NCBI GenBank assembly: GCA_004431415.1 | Contig: QPMI01000063.1 | Coordinates: forward strand, 62,001 to 126,000 | DNA from: Cyanophora paradoxa CCMP329 | Taxonomy: Eukaryota > Plantae > Glaucophyta | Direction of reading: 5' to 3' | Length of the DNA: 64,000 bases | Part shown: positions 35,301-49,820 of the stretch, in pieces | Layout of the letters: each line of letters starts with the position of its first letter | Position numbering within the stretch: the first letter of the stretch is position 1 | Translations under genes and position numbers: made by a program | Notes under the pieces: model-generated | What the model was told of the DNA's origin: nothing | The model's input: only the letters and a program-made list of their open reading frames with translations | The model's database searches: none

Positions 35301-38300
35301 ACGCGCTACATCCCGTGCGACGCCGGCTTCTTCGAGTGGCTCCCGAAGAACACCTCCCGCCCACGCAAGTGCCTGCAGGTGCGCTATCTCTGCGTACATT
35401 TCCTGCGAACGCAAAGTGCGCGTTCTCATTTCTGGTGCAGTGTCCGCTTGGGACGTACGCGCCAAAGGAGGGGACGTTCGAGCACTGCACGAATTGCTCG
35501 CTGGGCTTCTACTCTGCACCCGATTTCCGTTCATGCCTGCCGTGCCCGCTGGTGGGTTGCCGCGCGATTCTTCTGCCTCTGCGCAGAGCACTGACGCTGG
35601 TTGTTGTTGCAGGGGTCCTACAGGGACTCACACTTCGCCACATGCCAGCCGTGCCCGATCACGACCGCCGCGCGCCGGGAAGGCATGGTGCAGTGCGAGC
35701 CGTGGTGCGCTTTGGCAGATATATATATACCCGCAAGCTTAAGCGTCACGCGTCACTGTGTGCCGACGCCGCGCCTCCTCCCTCAGTCCCCCGGGGAAGG
35801 TGCCGAGGAAGGACAGGGCCGAATGTGTCGGTGCGAGCTCTCGAATTCTCGCAGTTTCAATCACACAACCAGCGCATTTTCGTCGTTCGCATCGTTCCTA
35901 ATGCGGCACGACAGACTGCGAAGGCGGGTACATGCCTATTAACGGGACGTGCGTACGATGCGATTCTGTGTCGACCGCATTGCCTGGAGGTTCGATGCCG
36001 AACTTTTTCTGCATTCGCCCTCTGCGCGCGCTGACGTTGGTTGTCAGACCCGACCTGCACGCCCTGCCCCGAGGGCTTCGTCGCCAACGACCTCGGGACG
36101 GAGTGCATCGCCTGCAACGTGTCGATGTACCGGCCGGCGGGCGCCATGTCCTGCATCAAGTGCCCCCGCAACACCATCTCCGGCAACGGTAGCCCGGGCT
36201 GCACGCAATGCGCTGGCGGAGAAGTCGTGCGTGGTTTCATTTCACAATTGCGATCATTGTTCTTCTCTTATTTGACCTTCGCCGAATGCGGTTGCAGTCG
36301 GACGAAACCCAAGCGTTCTGCAGCCCCTGCGCTCGTGGGCAGTACCGCAACGTGTCCATGGATTACTGCACGCCGTGGTCGGTGCCGCTTGCACAAAAGC
36401 AGTTGCGCTGGTGGCTCATGCAGGCGTCGCGCACGCAGCCCGCCGGGCTTTATGGCGGGCGAAAATGGCGCGTCCGCCTGCCTCCCTTGTGCGGCCACGC
36501 AGCTCTGTCCGGGTCCGACCTGTCCCGCGTGCACTCGAGCTCGTTCCGCTTGCCGTTCTGACAACAATTTGCAGTCGGCACGGCCGACCCTGTCGAGATA
36601 CCCCGCTACCAGGACGTCATCGGCGGGATCAAAGACCTCGTCGCTGGCGCCCGAATAGTGCCGCAGCGCAGGCGAGTGCGATTGCTCGGCTGCGCTGAGC
36701 CGACCAAGTTTAGTGACGGCCGCCGCAGGGGTCTGCTCCAGGACGCCATCGACGACTTCGTCGTGGAAACCTTCGTGGACGACACCGTCAACGCGACCAT
36801 CACCCGCCCCGAGATCGAGGACGAGTCCGTCGCGTTCGCGCAGCTCTACCGCATAATCACGTACATCGCGGCCGCCGTCGGCGCCCTCGTGCTCGTCGCC
36901 GCGATCGCCATCTGCGTCCACCTGAAGACCGGATCCGGAGACCGGGCTGCGGAGCGCTACCGCCGGGTACGTATACGTGCCCCCCTTGACACTACGACGG
37001 ATAAATCCGCGCGCGGCCGGGCTCTTACAGCGGTGTCCGATCAGGTCGCCAAGATCAACGTCCTGTACAGTGAGGTGGTCGACCAGACGCTGCAGGAGAA
37101 CGAGGACCTGGAGGCGGCGTTGGACGTTCTCCGCGCCGGCGGCGCCGTTTTCGCGATCGCCGGCCTGGGCTTCTTCGTCATTGCGGCGGCGTTCGTCGTC
37201 CTCCAGTACGCGATCGCGAACTACACGGTCCTCCAGACGCTCCTCGGCGGTGCGTCCCCCTCGGCGGGCAGCATCACGGGCGTCTTCGCCGTCCGGGCGG
37301 CGTTCGTGGGATACCCGGGATCCTGCATCATGCGAGGCTCTGCGGATCCCTCCGGCTTTGCGAACGCGTCGGATGCATCGTGGGTCGGCGCGACGGCCTC
37401 TTTCCGTGGCATCGCGCCGGTGGACGACGATCCGAATTCACTCCCGCAGCTGTCCGCGTTCTACAACGAGACACAGCGGGCGTGCATGTGCGCCCCGTTT
37501 GTAAAGAATGACGCGCATTGAACTTCGAATGACTCGGAGCCTGCAGAGTGGACTGGATGTGCCAGAACTGCACGCTGTCGGCCGCGACGAACGTCTCCGT
37601 CGAGCTGCGCCTCGCCTCCCGCATGGCGCTCGCGGTCGCCGTCACGTACAAGATCGAGGTGCGACGACGACGTCGGCTCGCGCTGTAAGCGCCTCGCCGC
37701 GCTGACGGCACCTGGTCACGGGCGGCAGGTGCCGACAAACTTGACCGTCGAGGGGCGCGTCCGCACCCGATCGGACGCCACGCTCGGCGTGTTCCGCGGC
37801 CTCCGGCCCGTGGTCGCGCCCCTCTCCCTCGTCCCGCTCCACTTCGAGGTGCCAAATTAAACTCGCGCTCCTGTTCTTGCGTCCTTCTCCCGATCTGTGC
37901 CTCACGGTGAACGCAGGACGCGCGCGACGGGAGCCCGCGCTACGACACGTCGCTCTGGCCGTCTTCAAACCGGGGCGCAGAGGCGGAGGAGGAGTCCTTC
38001 GTGCGTAAAACTCGCTCTTTGATCATCTCGTTGGGTTGTCGCCGCCGTGACGCACGCCGGCAGAGCCTGTGCTCGTTGACGCTCCCGCTGTCGCACCCGT
38101 CCTGCGCGGGCGAGTCGGTCGCGTTTCGCGCGGCGTTCGAGCTGAGCGACGTCCACGTCAGGGTGCCCCGCCCGCACGGACGGCCGCTTGTCCGATTGCG
38201 AAAGCTGACGCCAGTCGCGCGCAGGTCAGCCGCGTGGAGCGCGCCTCGCTCCTGGACATGTTTGCCGATCTGTCGGCCCTCACGGGAAGCGCCATCAACA

Positions 38301-39971
38301 TCGGCTGCCAGCTGCTCCTCGCCTTCGTCGCCCTCCTGCAGCTCATGCAGGCGAGCCGAAGCGATCTCTTAAATCTGTCGCATTACGTTCGTCGTCTCAA
38401 ACCGGCTCGCCTCGCAGCGGTACCCGAGGTTCGCGAAGTACGTGGCGCGCCCCGAGACGCTGCAGATGGCGCTCGTCGACGCGAAGAGCTCGCGCACCGG
38501 CTCGGCCTCCGACGTCTCGAGCGAGCACCTCAGCGTCCTCGCCCCGGGGGCACGGACCGTCGTCATCGCCGACGAGGGCGACGCGTTCGGGCAGCACCCG
38601 CGAGGGCGGCGGCGCTCATGGGTCGCCCGTGCGAGCGCCTTCCTCCGGCGCGGCAGCGCCTCCTCCGCGCACGACGAGCCGCACCAGGCGGGGCCCCCGC
38701 CGCGCGGCGTGGGCACGGCGCTGGCACTCCCGCCCGCCGACACGGGCGCGAGTCTGCCGACGCTGGCCCAGTTCCTGGACACGCAGGGCCTCGGCGAGGC
38801 GCGCCCGGCCGAGCGGGTCGGGGCGCTGGCGCCGCTGTGGGTCGGCGCCGCCAACCGCTCAGCAGAGCCGCCTCCGCCGGATTCCATGCCGAGCGCGAGC
38901 CCGGCGAACAGCGCACTCCGCGACGCGGCGGCGGCTCTGGGCACGGCCCTCGAGGTTCCGTTACCTACTCCGGCGCCCCCGCCCCCGCCTGCCGCCGCTC
39001 GCTTCGAGTCCGGCTCTGGCGGAGAGCAGAAGCAACTGCGACCTCTGGCGGCGATTGCGGCTCGCCCGGGCACTTTCGACCCGGCGCCGCGCTCTTTGGC
39101 CGGCGCGCTCGCGAGGCAGAAGGCGCTGGACGACTCGGCCCGGCCCTCCCCCGCCGCGGACCTCGCCTCTGTGTCCGCGTCGCGATCGTCGATCGCGAGC
39201 TCGGCTGCGATGGCCGCGGCGGGCGCCGCGCCCCGCAGCGCGGCCTCCGCGCTTGGGCTCCAGCTCCCGCCAGCCGCAGTACACGACGAGGTCGCCGCCG
39301 GTCTGGCGGAGCTACACGGTCCCGGGGCGCCGGCCGGGCGCCGGGCCCAGCCGACGGAGAGGCCCAAGCGCTGCGGCCCGCAGCCGATTCGACGTCCATG
39401 GCCAAGCAGGCCGGCCAGCAGGGGCGGGCGCCCTCTCCCGCCGCCCAGAGGCCGGCCGACGCCGCCGCCTCGTCGCGCTCCAGCGCAGTCGCGATCGCGA
39501 GCGTAAAGGCGAGCTCCGCTTCGCCGCCGCCCTCCTTCGTCGGCAACCCAACGTCGTCGCCTCCCTCCGACGGCGGCGGCGCCCGCGGGCCGCGTTCGGC
39601 GCCAGCCGCTCGGAGCAGCCGGCGCAGTCGCATGCGCAGGCTCCTCCGCCGAGCGCCTCCGGCCGCAATCGCGGCTCCGGCTCTGGATCCGTTGCCGCAT
39701 CGTCGCTCGCGATCGAGAGCGCGGGCTCAGGCCACGCCCCGTCGTCGGCCCCCGCCTCGGACCCCCGCTGGGATCGGGCGGGTCGCGAGTCGGGCGGCAT
39801 GCGCAGCCCGAGCCGGAAGGCACAGCGCGCGCGAAGTCGAGCGCGCGGGGCGGGGCGACCGGGCTGGATTTGGGGCTCGCCGTCCCGGACGGATTCGAAG
39901 AAGTCGAAGCCGGTGGAGCGCTGTCCGCGAAGAAGCCGCACGACCGCTACGGCGACTTCACCTCCATATAA
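26399..39971 (+). pseudogene. Copy 2 of the giant LamG/Cys-rich membrane protein gene, with 5' exons but an out-of-frame internal deletion at 28594/28595
   Basis: Possible signal peptide (MESTP...VSVLALIIAMLTLSAAA; start tentative). LamG exons at 27130-28590 (GEWT|HFAFTHGGGAVNFFRNG; YAGVLSGTEIWNAY; TFGGSVVLEVWVRP), then an abrupt join to sequence equal to copy 1 position 1138. Stop TAA 39969-39971. Confidence 0.7.
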
Positions 39972-42900
39972 TGCGTAAATATTTATTTCTATCATAGTAT
40001 AATCTTAATCTTTTTTTCGAGAGACTTCGGTGGGGCGAACCCCCGTAGGTAGTGATATTAAGGATGAAATCTTAATCTGATGCTGTCTTTCATCAGGTAT
40101 TTCATGTTAGGAGATGCGTGATTTTTGTTTGCCTTTCCTAGTTAGCTCAGGGCAAAAATCACAGGCGCGGCGCTCGCAATTGCAATCGATTCGATTTTAG
40201 TGGGCAGATTGCACGTGCGCAACGATCGTCCATGTTCAGGCGCACTGCTTCTAGTCAGTTAAAGTCGTGTAGAGGCGCTAAATGGCGTTCAATTTGACAA
40301 TCATTGTTTAGTCATTGAGCTTGAGCCTGTGAAGGAGAGGTCTGGAGACACAGTGGAGAGCCTTATTGAGCTAAAGCCTTTTCATCGTGAAGAGGGGGGG
40401 GGAGGGGGGGGGGAAGGGAGGGAGTGAACGGCTTTTCAGAGTATTAATTGTTTTCGAATCTTGAATTTGTTTTTTGGTGAATTACCACCATCACTGCCGC
40501 AGTGCGGCGGGGGGGGCATGCAACCGGTCTCTCTCTGCACCGCCCAGGACCCCCGTGTCGCCTGTTCCGGTGTCACCCGCCCTTCCTCCTGCTTCGCTGC
40601 AGCTGCCCTCTCTTCGGCGCCGGCAGCGATCTTCATCACCTGCTTGTGGCCCTTCCCCTAGGCCTACTTCCGGCCCCTCCTCGGCTCTCTCCTCGCCTCT
40701 TCCTTCCCGTAGGCCTCCGCCGCGTTCCCGTCGTCGGGTCTCTAGCTCGACCCTGGACGTCGACTCGAGCTCTCCGCTTGCCGCTGTCTACGACGTCGAC
40801 CGCGAGATACTTCCTCCGTCGTGCTCGGCGCCGGTTGTCAGTGCTTTGCGGCGGGGACGCAGTGCGGAAGGGGGAGGGGGGGGGGGGGGGGAGGGGGGAG
40901 GGGGCATGCAAAAAGATAGTGCCGCCCGGCGTCACAGTGGCAAGAAGGATGGGCTGAAGAGGGGGCTGAACCAGGAGTACGTCAGAAAAGGGGGCGGAAG
41001 TCTTGAAATTGTCGATTGTCCGCTCTGTTAATTTTAATATTTGCCGTAGGCCTCTTGATCATGGCATGATTGCAATGTTTTCGCACACACCGAAACACAT
41101 TGCAAATTGCTCCCCCTCCCTCCCTCCCCCCCCTCCCTCCCTCCCCCCTTTTCGATTTTCTCCCCCATGGCCATGGCCCGGGGACCAAGCTTAAAAATTA
41201 ACACCCCCGCCCCCGGCCCGCCGGGCCGGCCCCACCAACGCCCACCCTAGCCCAATTGCAAAATCCCGCCGTCCGCTCAGCACACATTAATTGATATGAA
41301 ACCTTCCTGATACTGAAGTTCATTTTTTATATTACTGGACATTTAAAATATTTGTTTTTGAGAGACTACGGTGGGGCGAACCCCCCGTAGGTAGTGATAT
41401 TAAAGACAACAAAGCAAAATAAGCAACAAGATCCGTGCTCCTGCGGAGCACTAAGTACGGCGAAGCCTCGCGGACGCCCTCGCAGCTGTCACAGTAGGCC
41501 TACAGGGCACTGGCCAGCGGCATGGCCGATCGCGAACAGCTTTAATTATATATATTTCGAAAATTCTGGCTGGAAGCTGGCTGGCTGACGGCCAGTCCAG
41601 CTAGCGCTGGCTGGCTAGAGGAATATTAATGTGCCGAGGAAATAAAGGGTGGAGCAGATTGAGAGGAGATTAATAATATTGTTGGGAAGGAGGCCCGGGA
41701 GGGGCCAGGTTCGAACAGAGCTTGCGAATCCCTTAAACAGAATCTCGAACGCACAGAGCTTGCGAATCCCTTAAACAGAATCTCGAACGCATATAGCACC
41801 GATGTGCAGGGCTGCGGAGGCGAGGGCGCACGGAAAGCTGTCCGGGCCTGTCCAGGATCGAATTTTCAGGGTCGGCTGGATTCTCGCGCCTTGTCGCGTC
41901 CTCGGAGCTCGCGAAAAGCTTTGAAAATATCTCGAATGAATACTGTAGCGATGCCCGTGCATGAGGATGCGACGGCGCGAGGAAAGCTGTGCAGGTGCGT
42001 TCAGGATCGAATTTTCGGGGTCGGGTGGGTCCTCGCGGCCTGGCACATTTCCAAAGCGTGCGGAAGGCTTCTTCGACATCTCAAATGGTTATGCTATTGT
42101 TCCGCGCATGCGCCGCGGCGTGGGCGCGGGGAAAGATGTCCGGGTCCGTGCAGGATCGGATTTTTGCCGTCGGCTGGGTTCTCGTACTCTTCCGCGTCTT
42201 CAGAGCTTGTGGAAGGCTTTGATAAAATCTCAAATGAATATTGTAGCGATGCGCATGCGCAAGGATGCGAGGGCGCGCGGAAAGATGCGCAGGTCCGTCC
42301 AGGATCGAATTTTCGGGGTCCGCTGGGTCCTCGCGGCCCGGCGCATTTAGAGACCGTGCAGAAGTCTTGTTCTACATGTGAAATGCTTTTTCTTTTGCTC
42401 CGCGCATGCGCCGCGGCGTGGGCGCGCGGAAAGATGTCCGGGCCCGTGCAGGATCGAATTTTTGCCACCGGGAGCCTTCCTGCGCTGTTCCGGCTCCGAA
42501 AAGCGGATCGCTGGAGTGCGCAGGTCCTGCTATGTCTATGCGCACCCGTACGCATCGATTGCGCGCGTCGCGGGACCGGCCGGAACCGGCCGGATCAAAT
42601 TTTCGGCCGACTCTTCGCACTGGAGCGTCGAGGGCGCCCGAAATCGAGCCTGCCTCGATGCGCTCGCGCTCGCGCGTCATTCTGTATCGTTCTGGGGCGT
42701 CCCTGGCGCGATTTCGTCGCGGGACCGGGCGGGACCGGGTCCCACCTTCTGACTCGGACTGCATGTGTCGGAGGTTAAGTACCAGAATTGATCCAGAGGG
42801 AAATTCGTTTTCGCGGGACGCCTACGGGGGAGCGGTCGTCTTAGCGGAGCCAGGACGCTAAAAATGGATTTAGAGAGGTCTGTGGGGGTTAGGGTAGCTG

Positions 42901-45900
42901 AGTCATTAGCGGCAATCGCGTCCGTGTCGAGGCAGAATTAATAATTCTGCCTCGAGGGAGTGCGACACGGAAATTATTTAGCAGGGGGGATCTTGAGTGG
43001 AAAAAAAGGTTAAAAAAGGAATTAGGGTCGTCGGTTTTTGGGTTTGAGAACAAGATCCGTGCTCCTGCGGAGCACTAAGTACGGCGAAGCCTCGCGGCCG
43101 CCCTCGCGCGCGCACGGCTGTCACAGTAGGCGTAGCGCACTGCAGCTGGCCAGCGGCCCGGCCGAACAGCTGGTTGGCTGGAAGCTGGCGGCCAGAGGCC
43201 TGGCTGGCCAGCTAGAGAGGAATGTAATTAATTAGGAGAAGGAATTAATAATTAGGGGAAGAGTTGGACTGGCTTGCTTTTAACAGGTAAAGCATATTGA
43301 GAGGAGAATAAATATATAATATTTGAGGCCCGGGAGGGGCGAGGTTCTCGCGATCGCAGCCAGGCGCATGCACAGAGCTTGCGAATCGCTTAAAAAGAAA
43401 CTCGAATGCATATAGTATCAATGTGCAGGGTTGCGGAGGCGAGGGCGCGAGGAAAAACCTGCAGGTCCATGCAGGATCGAATTTTCGGGGTCGGCTGGGT
43501 TCTCGCGCCCTGTCGCGCCCTTGGAGCTTGCGCTACGCTTTGAAAAGCTCTCAAATGAATATTGTAGCGATGCCCATGCATGAGGATGCGAGGGCGCGCG
43601 GAAAGCTGTGCAGGTCCGTGAAGGATCGAATTTTCGGGGTCGGCTGGGTCCCCGCGGCCCGGCGCATCGGCAAAGCGTGCGGAATGCTTTGTCTACATCT
43701 CAAATGCGTATGCTATTGTTCCGCGCATGCGCCGCGCGTGGGCGCGCGGAAAGATGTCCGGGGCTGTGCAGGATCGAATTTTTGCCGTCGGGTACCTTCC
43801 TGCGCTGTTCGGCATCCGAAAAGCGGATTTCGGGGGTGCGCAGGCCCTGCTATGTCTATGCGCGCCAGTGCGCATCGATTGCGCGCGTCGCGGACCGGGC
43901 CGGACCGGCTGGATCAAAATTTCGGCGGAGTCTTCGCACTGGAGTGTCGAGGGCGCCCGAAATCGAGCTTGCGGCGATGCGCTCGCCCTCGCGCGGCATT
44001 CTGTATCGTTCTGGGGCGTCCCTGGCGCGATTTCGTCGCGGGACCGGGCGGGACCGGGTTCCACGTTCTGACTTGGACTGCATTTGTCGGAGGTTAAGTA
44101 CCGGAATTGATTCAGAGGGAAATTCGATTTTCGCGGGACGCCTACGGGAGAGCGGTCGTCTTAGGGGTGCCACGACGCTAAAAATGGATGTAGAGAGGTT
44201 TGTGGGGGTTCGGGTGGGTGTGTTACCAGCAGCAATCGCGTCCGTGTCGAGGCAGAATTAATAATTCTGGCTCGAGGGAGTGCGACCAAGAGCTATGCGA
44301 TACAGGCGCGATGCGGAGGGCGGTCAAGACGTGCCGGAGATTCTCAAGTGCTGGTACATGCCTGCGGGGCCGCGCTTCTGCGAGGGCGCGCGGAAAGACG
44401 TGCAGGTCCGTCCAGGATCGAATTTTCGGGGTCGGCTGGGTCCTCGCGGCCCGGCACATCCGTAAACTGTGCGGAAGTCTTCTTCTACATCTTAAATGCT
44501 TATGCTATCGTTCCGCGCGTGCGCCGCGGCGTGGGCGCGCGGAAAGATGTCCGGGGCCGTGTGGGATCGAATTTTTGCCGTCGGGTACCTTCCTGCGCTG
44601 TTCCGGCTCCGAAAAGCGGATTTCGGGGGTGCGCAGGCCGTGCTATGTCTATACGCGCCAGTACGCATCGATTGCGCGCGTCGCGGGACCGGCCGGAACC
44701 GGGAGGATCAACTGTTCGGACTGCAGCGTCGAGGGCGCCCGAAATCGAGCTTGCGGCGATGCGCTCGCCCTCGCGCGTTATTCTGTATCGTTCTGGGGCG
44801 TCCCTGGCGCGATTTCGTCGCGGGACCGGGCGGGACCGGGTCCCACCTTCTGGCTCGGACTGCATTTGTCGGAGGTTAAGTAACGGAATTGATCCAGAGG
44901 GAAATTCGAAATTCGCGCGACGTGCACGGGAGAGCGGTCGTCTTAGGGGAGCCAGGACGCTAAAAATGGATCTAGAGGGGTCTGTGGGGGTTCGGGCAGC
45001 TGTGTAATGTCCATCAATCGCGTCTGTGTCGAGGCAGAATTAATAATTCTGTCTCGAGGGAATGTGACACGGAAATTATTTGGCACGGGGGATCTTGAGT
45101 GGAAAAAAAGGTTAAAAAAGGAATTTCGGTCGGCGGTTTTTGGGTTTGAGACAAGATCCGTGCTCCTGCGGAGCACTAAGTACGGCGAAGCCTCGCGGAC
45201 GCCCTCGCGGCTGTCACAGTAGGCCTATAGGGCACTCATCGACTGGCCAGCGAACAGCTTTCTGGCTGGAAGCTGGCTAGCTGACGGCCAGTCCAGCTAG
45301 CCCTGGCCGGCTAGAGGAATATTAATGTGCTGAGGAAATAAAGGGTGGAGCAGATTGAGAGGAGATTAATTATATAATATTGTTGGGAAGGAGGCCCGCG
45401 GCCGGGAGGGGCGAGGTTCTCGCGGCCAGGCGCATGCACAGAGCTTGCGCATCACTTAAACAGAATCTCGAATGCATATAGTATCAATGTGCAGGGCTGC
45501 GGATCCGGAGGCGAGGGCGCGCGGAAAGCTGTGCAGGCCCGTTCAGGATCGAATTTTTGCGTCGGCTGGGTCCTCGCGGCCCGGCGCATACGCAAAGCGT
45601 GCGGAAGACTTTACCTACATCTCAAATGCTTATGCTATTGTTCCGCGCATGCGCCCCGGCGTGGGCGCGCGGAAAGATGTCCGGGCCTGTGCAGGATCGA
45701 ATTTTTGCCGTCGGCTGGGTTCTCGTGCTCTTTCATGTCTTCAAAGCTTGCGAAAAGCTTTAAAAAGATCTCAACTGAATATTGTAGCGATGCGCATGCG
45801 CGAGGATGCGAGGGCGCGCGGAAAGATGTGCAGGTCCGTGAAGGATCGAATTTTCGGGGTCACCTGGATTCTTGCGCCCTGTCGCGTCCTCGGAGGTCTC

Positions 45901-48101
45901 GATCGAGATCTGAGGAAGGGCGCCGGGCTGCTGCTAGCCGTGAAGACTGTCATAAGTTGGACTCAGAAGTTCGTCAGTCACAACTAAATCCGTCATCGAA
46001 TCGTCAATGGCGCGAGATCGGTGAGATCTTTTTTTAATTCAAGATCTTGACAGATCTTGCCAATGTGTTCGCGAAATCTTTTTTGTATTCAGGATCTTGG
46101 CAAATCTGAGGAAGGGCGCCGGGCTGCTGAGACGGGATATAACTATAATTATATACTCGAAGATCGATCTGGGGCAGATCTAATTAATAATTATCTGGCA
46201 GTGCAGATCTCGAGGGCGCGCGGAAAGACGTGCGTGTCCGTGAAGGATCGAATTTTCGGGGCCAGCTGGATTGTCGCGCCCTGTCGCGTCGTCGGAGGTC
46301 TCGAAAAGCTTAACGAAGATTTCAAATTACTATTGTAGGGATGGGGCCGCGCAGGATCGAATTTTTGCCGCCGGCTGGGTTCACGGTTCTCGTGTTCTTT
46401 CGCGTCTTCGAAGCTTGTGGAAGGCTTAGATAAAATCCCAAATGAATATAGTAGCGAGGATCGAATGTTCGGGGTCGGCTGGGTCCTCGCGGCCTGGCAC
46501 ATCTGTAAAGCGTGCGGAACGCTTCATCTACATCTCAGATGCTTATGCTATTGTTCCGCGCATGCGCCGCAGCGTGGGCGCGCGGAAAGATCTCCGGGTC
46601 CGTGCAGGATCGAATTTTTGCCGTCGGTTGGGTTCTCGTGGTCTTTCGCGTCTTCGAAGTTTGTGGAAGGCTTTGATAAAATCTCAAATGAATATACCAG
46701 CGATGCGGCCTGCGTGAGGACGCGAGGGCGCGCGGAAAGTTGTTCAGGTCTGAAGAGGATCGAATTTTCGGGGTCGGCTGGGTCCTCGCGGCCGGGCGCA
46801 TGTGCAAACCGTGTGGAAGGCTTCTTCTACATCTGAAATGCATATGCTATTGTTCCGCGCATGCGCCGCGGCCTGGGCGCGCGGAAAGATGTCCGGGGCT
46901 GTCCAGGATCGAATTTTCGCTATCGGGCACCTTCTTGCGCTGTTCCGGCTCCGGAAAGCGGATATCTGGAGTGCGCAGGTCGTGCTATGTCTATGCGCGC
47001 CAGTACGCATCGATTGCGCGCGTCGCGGGACCGGGCGGGACCGGCCGGATCAAATTTTCGGCCGACTCTTGGCACTGCAGCGTCGAGGGCGCTCGAAATC
47101 GAGCTTGCGGCGATGTGCTCGCCCTCGCGCGTCACTCTTTAGCGTTCTGGGGCGTCCCTGGCGCGATTTCGTCGCGGGACCGGGCGGGACCGGGTCCCAC
47201 CTTCTGACTCGGACTGCAGTTGTCGGATCTCAAGTACCGGAATTGATCCAGAGGGAAATTCGATTCCGCGCGACGCCCACGGGGGAGCGGTCGTCTTAGG
47301 GGAGCCAGGACGCTAAAAATGGATCTAGAGAGGTCTGTGGGGGTTCGGGCAGCTGTGTAATGTCCATCAATCGCGTCCGTGTCGAGGCAGAATTAATAAT
47401 TCTGTGTCGAGGAGCTGCGACACGGAAATTATCTGGCAGGGGAGATCTCGAGTGGAAAAAAAGGTTAAAAAAGGAATTTCGCTCGGCGGTTTTTGGGTTT
47501 GAGAAAGAGGCTTCGCCTGAAAGAGGCTTCGCCTGACAAGCCCTGGGCCCCTGCGGGTCCCAAACATCGGGCGAAGCCTCTGCCGCCCCCCTCGCGCCCC
47601 CCTTGTTCATCGCGGCCCGTCGCGGCTGTCTTTGGGTCGGTGGGGCAGGGAGACGGGAGGGGAGGTTTGGTGATCATGAGAGGAAATATAAGTAGGGGGG
47701 TTGTTTCCGTGCAGGGCACGTCCCCCTTATAATTATTTATCGTGGTCCGTCGCGGCTGTCAGTATACGTAGCCTATTGCATGATTGGGGCAGGGATGGGA
47801 GGGGAGGGCTGGTGAGAGGGAATATAATTATGGGAGGAGTTGTCCTGAGAGGAGCTGTCCTGAGAGAATTTAATATTGAAATTCCCTGTCCCTGAGAGAG
47901 AAGAGCTGTCCCTGAGGGGAGGAGTGGTGCTGCCAATCAGGTAGTTGTAGTTGAGCTCCAGGTTCCGAGGAAATTGAGAGGAGATTGTTGAGGGGATGGG
48001 CGAGGTTCTCGCGACCAGGCGCATGTACAGGGGTTATGATTCGCTTAAACAAAGTCTCGAATGCATGCAGGATCGATGTCCAGGGCTGTGGAGGCGAGGG
48101 C

Positions 48102-49820
48102 GCGCGGAAATATGTGCATGCCTGTCCAGGATCGAAAATTTGGCGTCGGCTGGATTGTCGTGCTCTGTCGCGGCCACAGAGCTTGCGGAAGGCTTCGTTT
48201 AGATCTCAAATGAATACTGTAGCGATGGGCATGGGTGAGGACGCGATGGCGCGCGGAAAGATGTGCAGGTCCGTCCGGGATCGAATTTTCGGGGTCGGCT
48301 GGGTCCTCGCGGCCCGGCGCATTTAGAGACCGTGCAGAAGTCTTGTTCTACTACATCTCAAATGCATATACTATTGATGCGCGCATGCGCCGCGGCGTGG
48401 GCGCGCGGAAAGCTGCCCGGGCTGTGCAGGATCGAATTTTCGCTGTCGGGTACCTTCCTGCGCTGTTCCGGCTCCGAAAAGCGGATATCTGGAGTGCGCA
48501 GGCCCTGCTATGTCTATGCGTGCCAGTACGCATCGATTGCGCGCGTCGCGCGACCGGCCGGAACCGGCAGGATCAAAATTTCGGCCGACTCTCTGGACTG
48601 GAGCGTCGAGGGCGGCCCGGCGGCCGAAATCGAGCTTGCCGCGATGCGCGCGCTCTTGGCTGTCATTGTGACCGCTCTGGCGCGTCCCTGGCGCGCTCTC
48701 GTCGCGGGACCGGGTCCCACGTTTTGGAGTTTCGCGATCGAGCCCCGGGGTATAAATACCGGAATTGATCCTGGAGGGAAATTCGATTTTCCCTCGACGC
48801 CCACGGGAGAGCGATCGTCTTAGAGGAGCTTCGAGTCCAAAAATAAGTGTCACGTCCGTGGGCAACTATGTAATGTCCGGGACCGTTCGCCTTCGTTGCG
48901 GAGGTTGCGAATCAGGACGCTCGGACCAATCGAACTCGACTGGAAAAAAAGGAAAAGGGGGCGCGGAAATATGTGCATGCCTGTCCAGGATCGAAAATTT
49001 GGCGTCGGCTGGATTGTCGTGCTCTGTCGCGGCCACAGAGCTTGCGGAAGGCTTCGTTTAGATCTCAAATGAATACTGTAGCGATGGGCATGGGTGAGGA
49101 CGCGATGGCGCGCGGAAAGATGTGCAGGTCCGTCCGGGATCGAATTTTCGGGGTCGGCTGGGTCCTCGCGGCCCGGCGCATTTAGAGACCGTGCAGAAGT
49201 CTTGTTCTACTACATCTCAAATGCATATACTATTGATGCGCGCATGCGCCGCGGCGTGGGCGCGCGGAAAGCTGCCCGGGGCTGTGCAGGATCGAATTTT
49301 CGCTGTCGGGTACCTTCCTGCGCTGTTCCGGCTCCGAAAAGCGGATATCTGGAGTGCGCAGGCCCTGCTATGTCTATGCGTGCCAGTACGCATCGATTGC
49401 GCGCGTCGCGCGACCGGCCGGAACCGGCAGGATCAAAATTTCGGCCGACTCTCTGGACTGGAGCGTCGAGGGCGGCCCGGCGGCCGAAATCGAGCTTGCC
49501 GCGATGCGCGCGCTCTTGGCTGTCATTGTGACCGCTCTGGCGCGTCCCTGGCGCGCTCTCGTCGCGGGACCGGGTCCCACGTTTTGGAGTTTCGCGATCG
49601 AGCCCCGGGGTATAAATACCGGAATTGATCCTGGAGGGAAATTCGATTTTCCTCGACGCCCACGGGAGAGCGATCGTCTTAGAGGAGCTTCGAGTCCAAA
49701 AATAAGTGTCACGTCCGTGGGCAACTATGTAATGTCCGGGACCGTTCGCCTTCGTTGCGGAGGTTGCGAATCAGGACGCTCGGACCAATCGAACTCGACT
49801 GGAAAAAAAGGAAAAGGGGG
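48102..49820 (+). repeat. Recent ~859-bp tandem duplication inside the macrosatellite
   Basis: Near-identical ORFs at offset 859 (48235/49094; 48263/49122); junction at ~48960. Confidence 0.85.
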
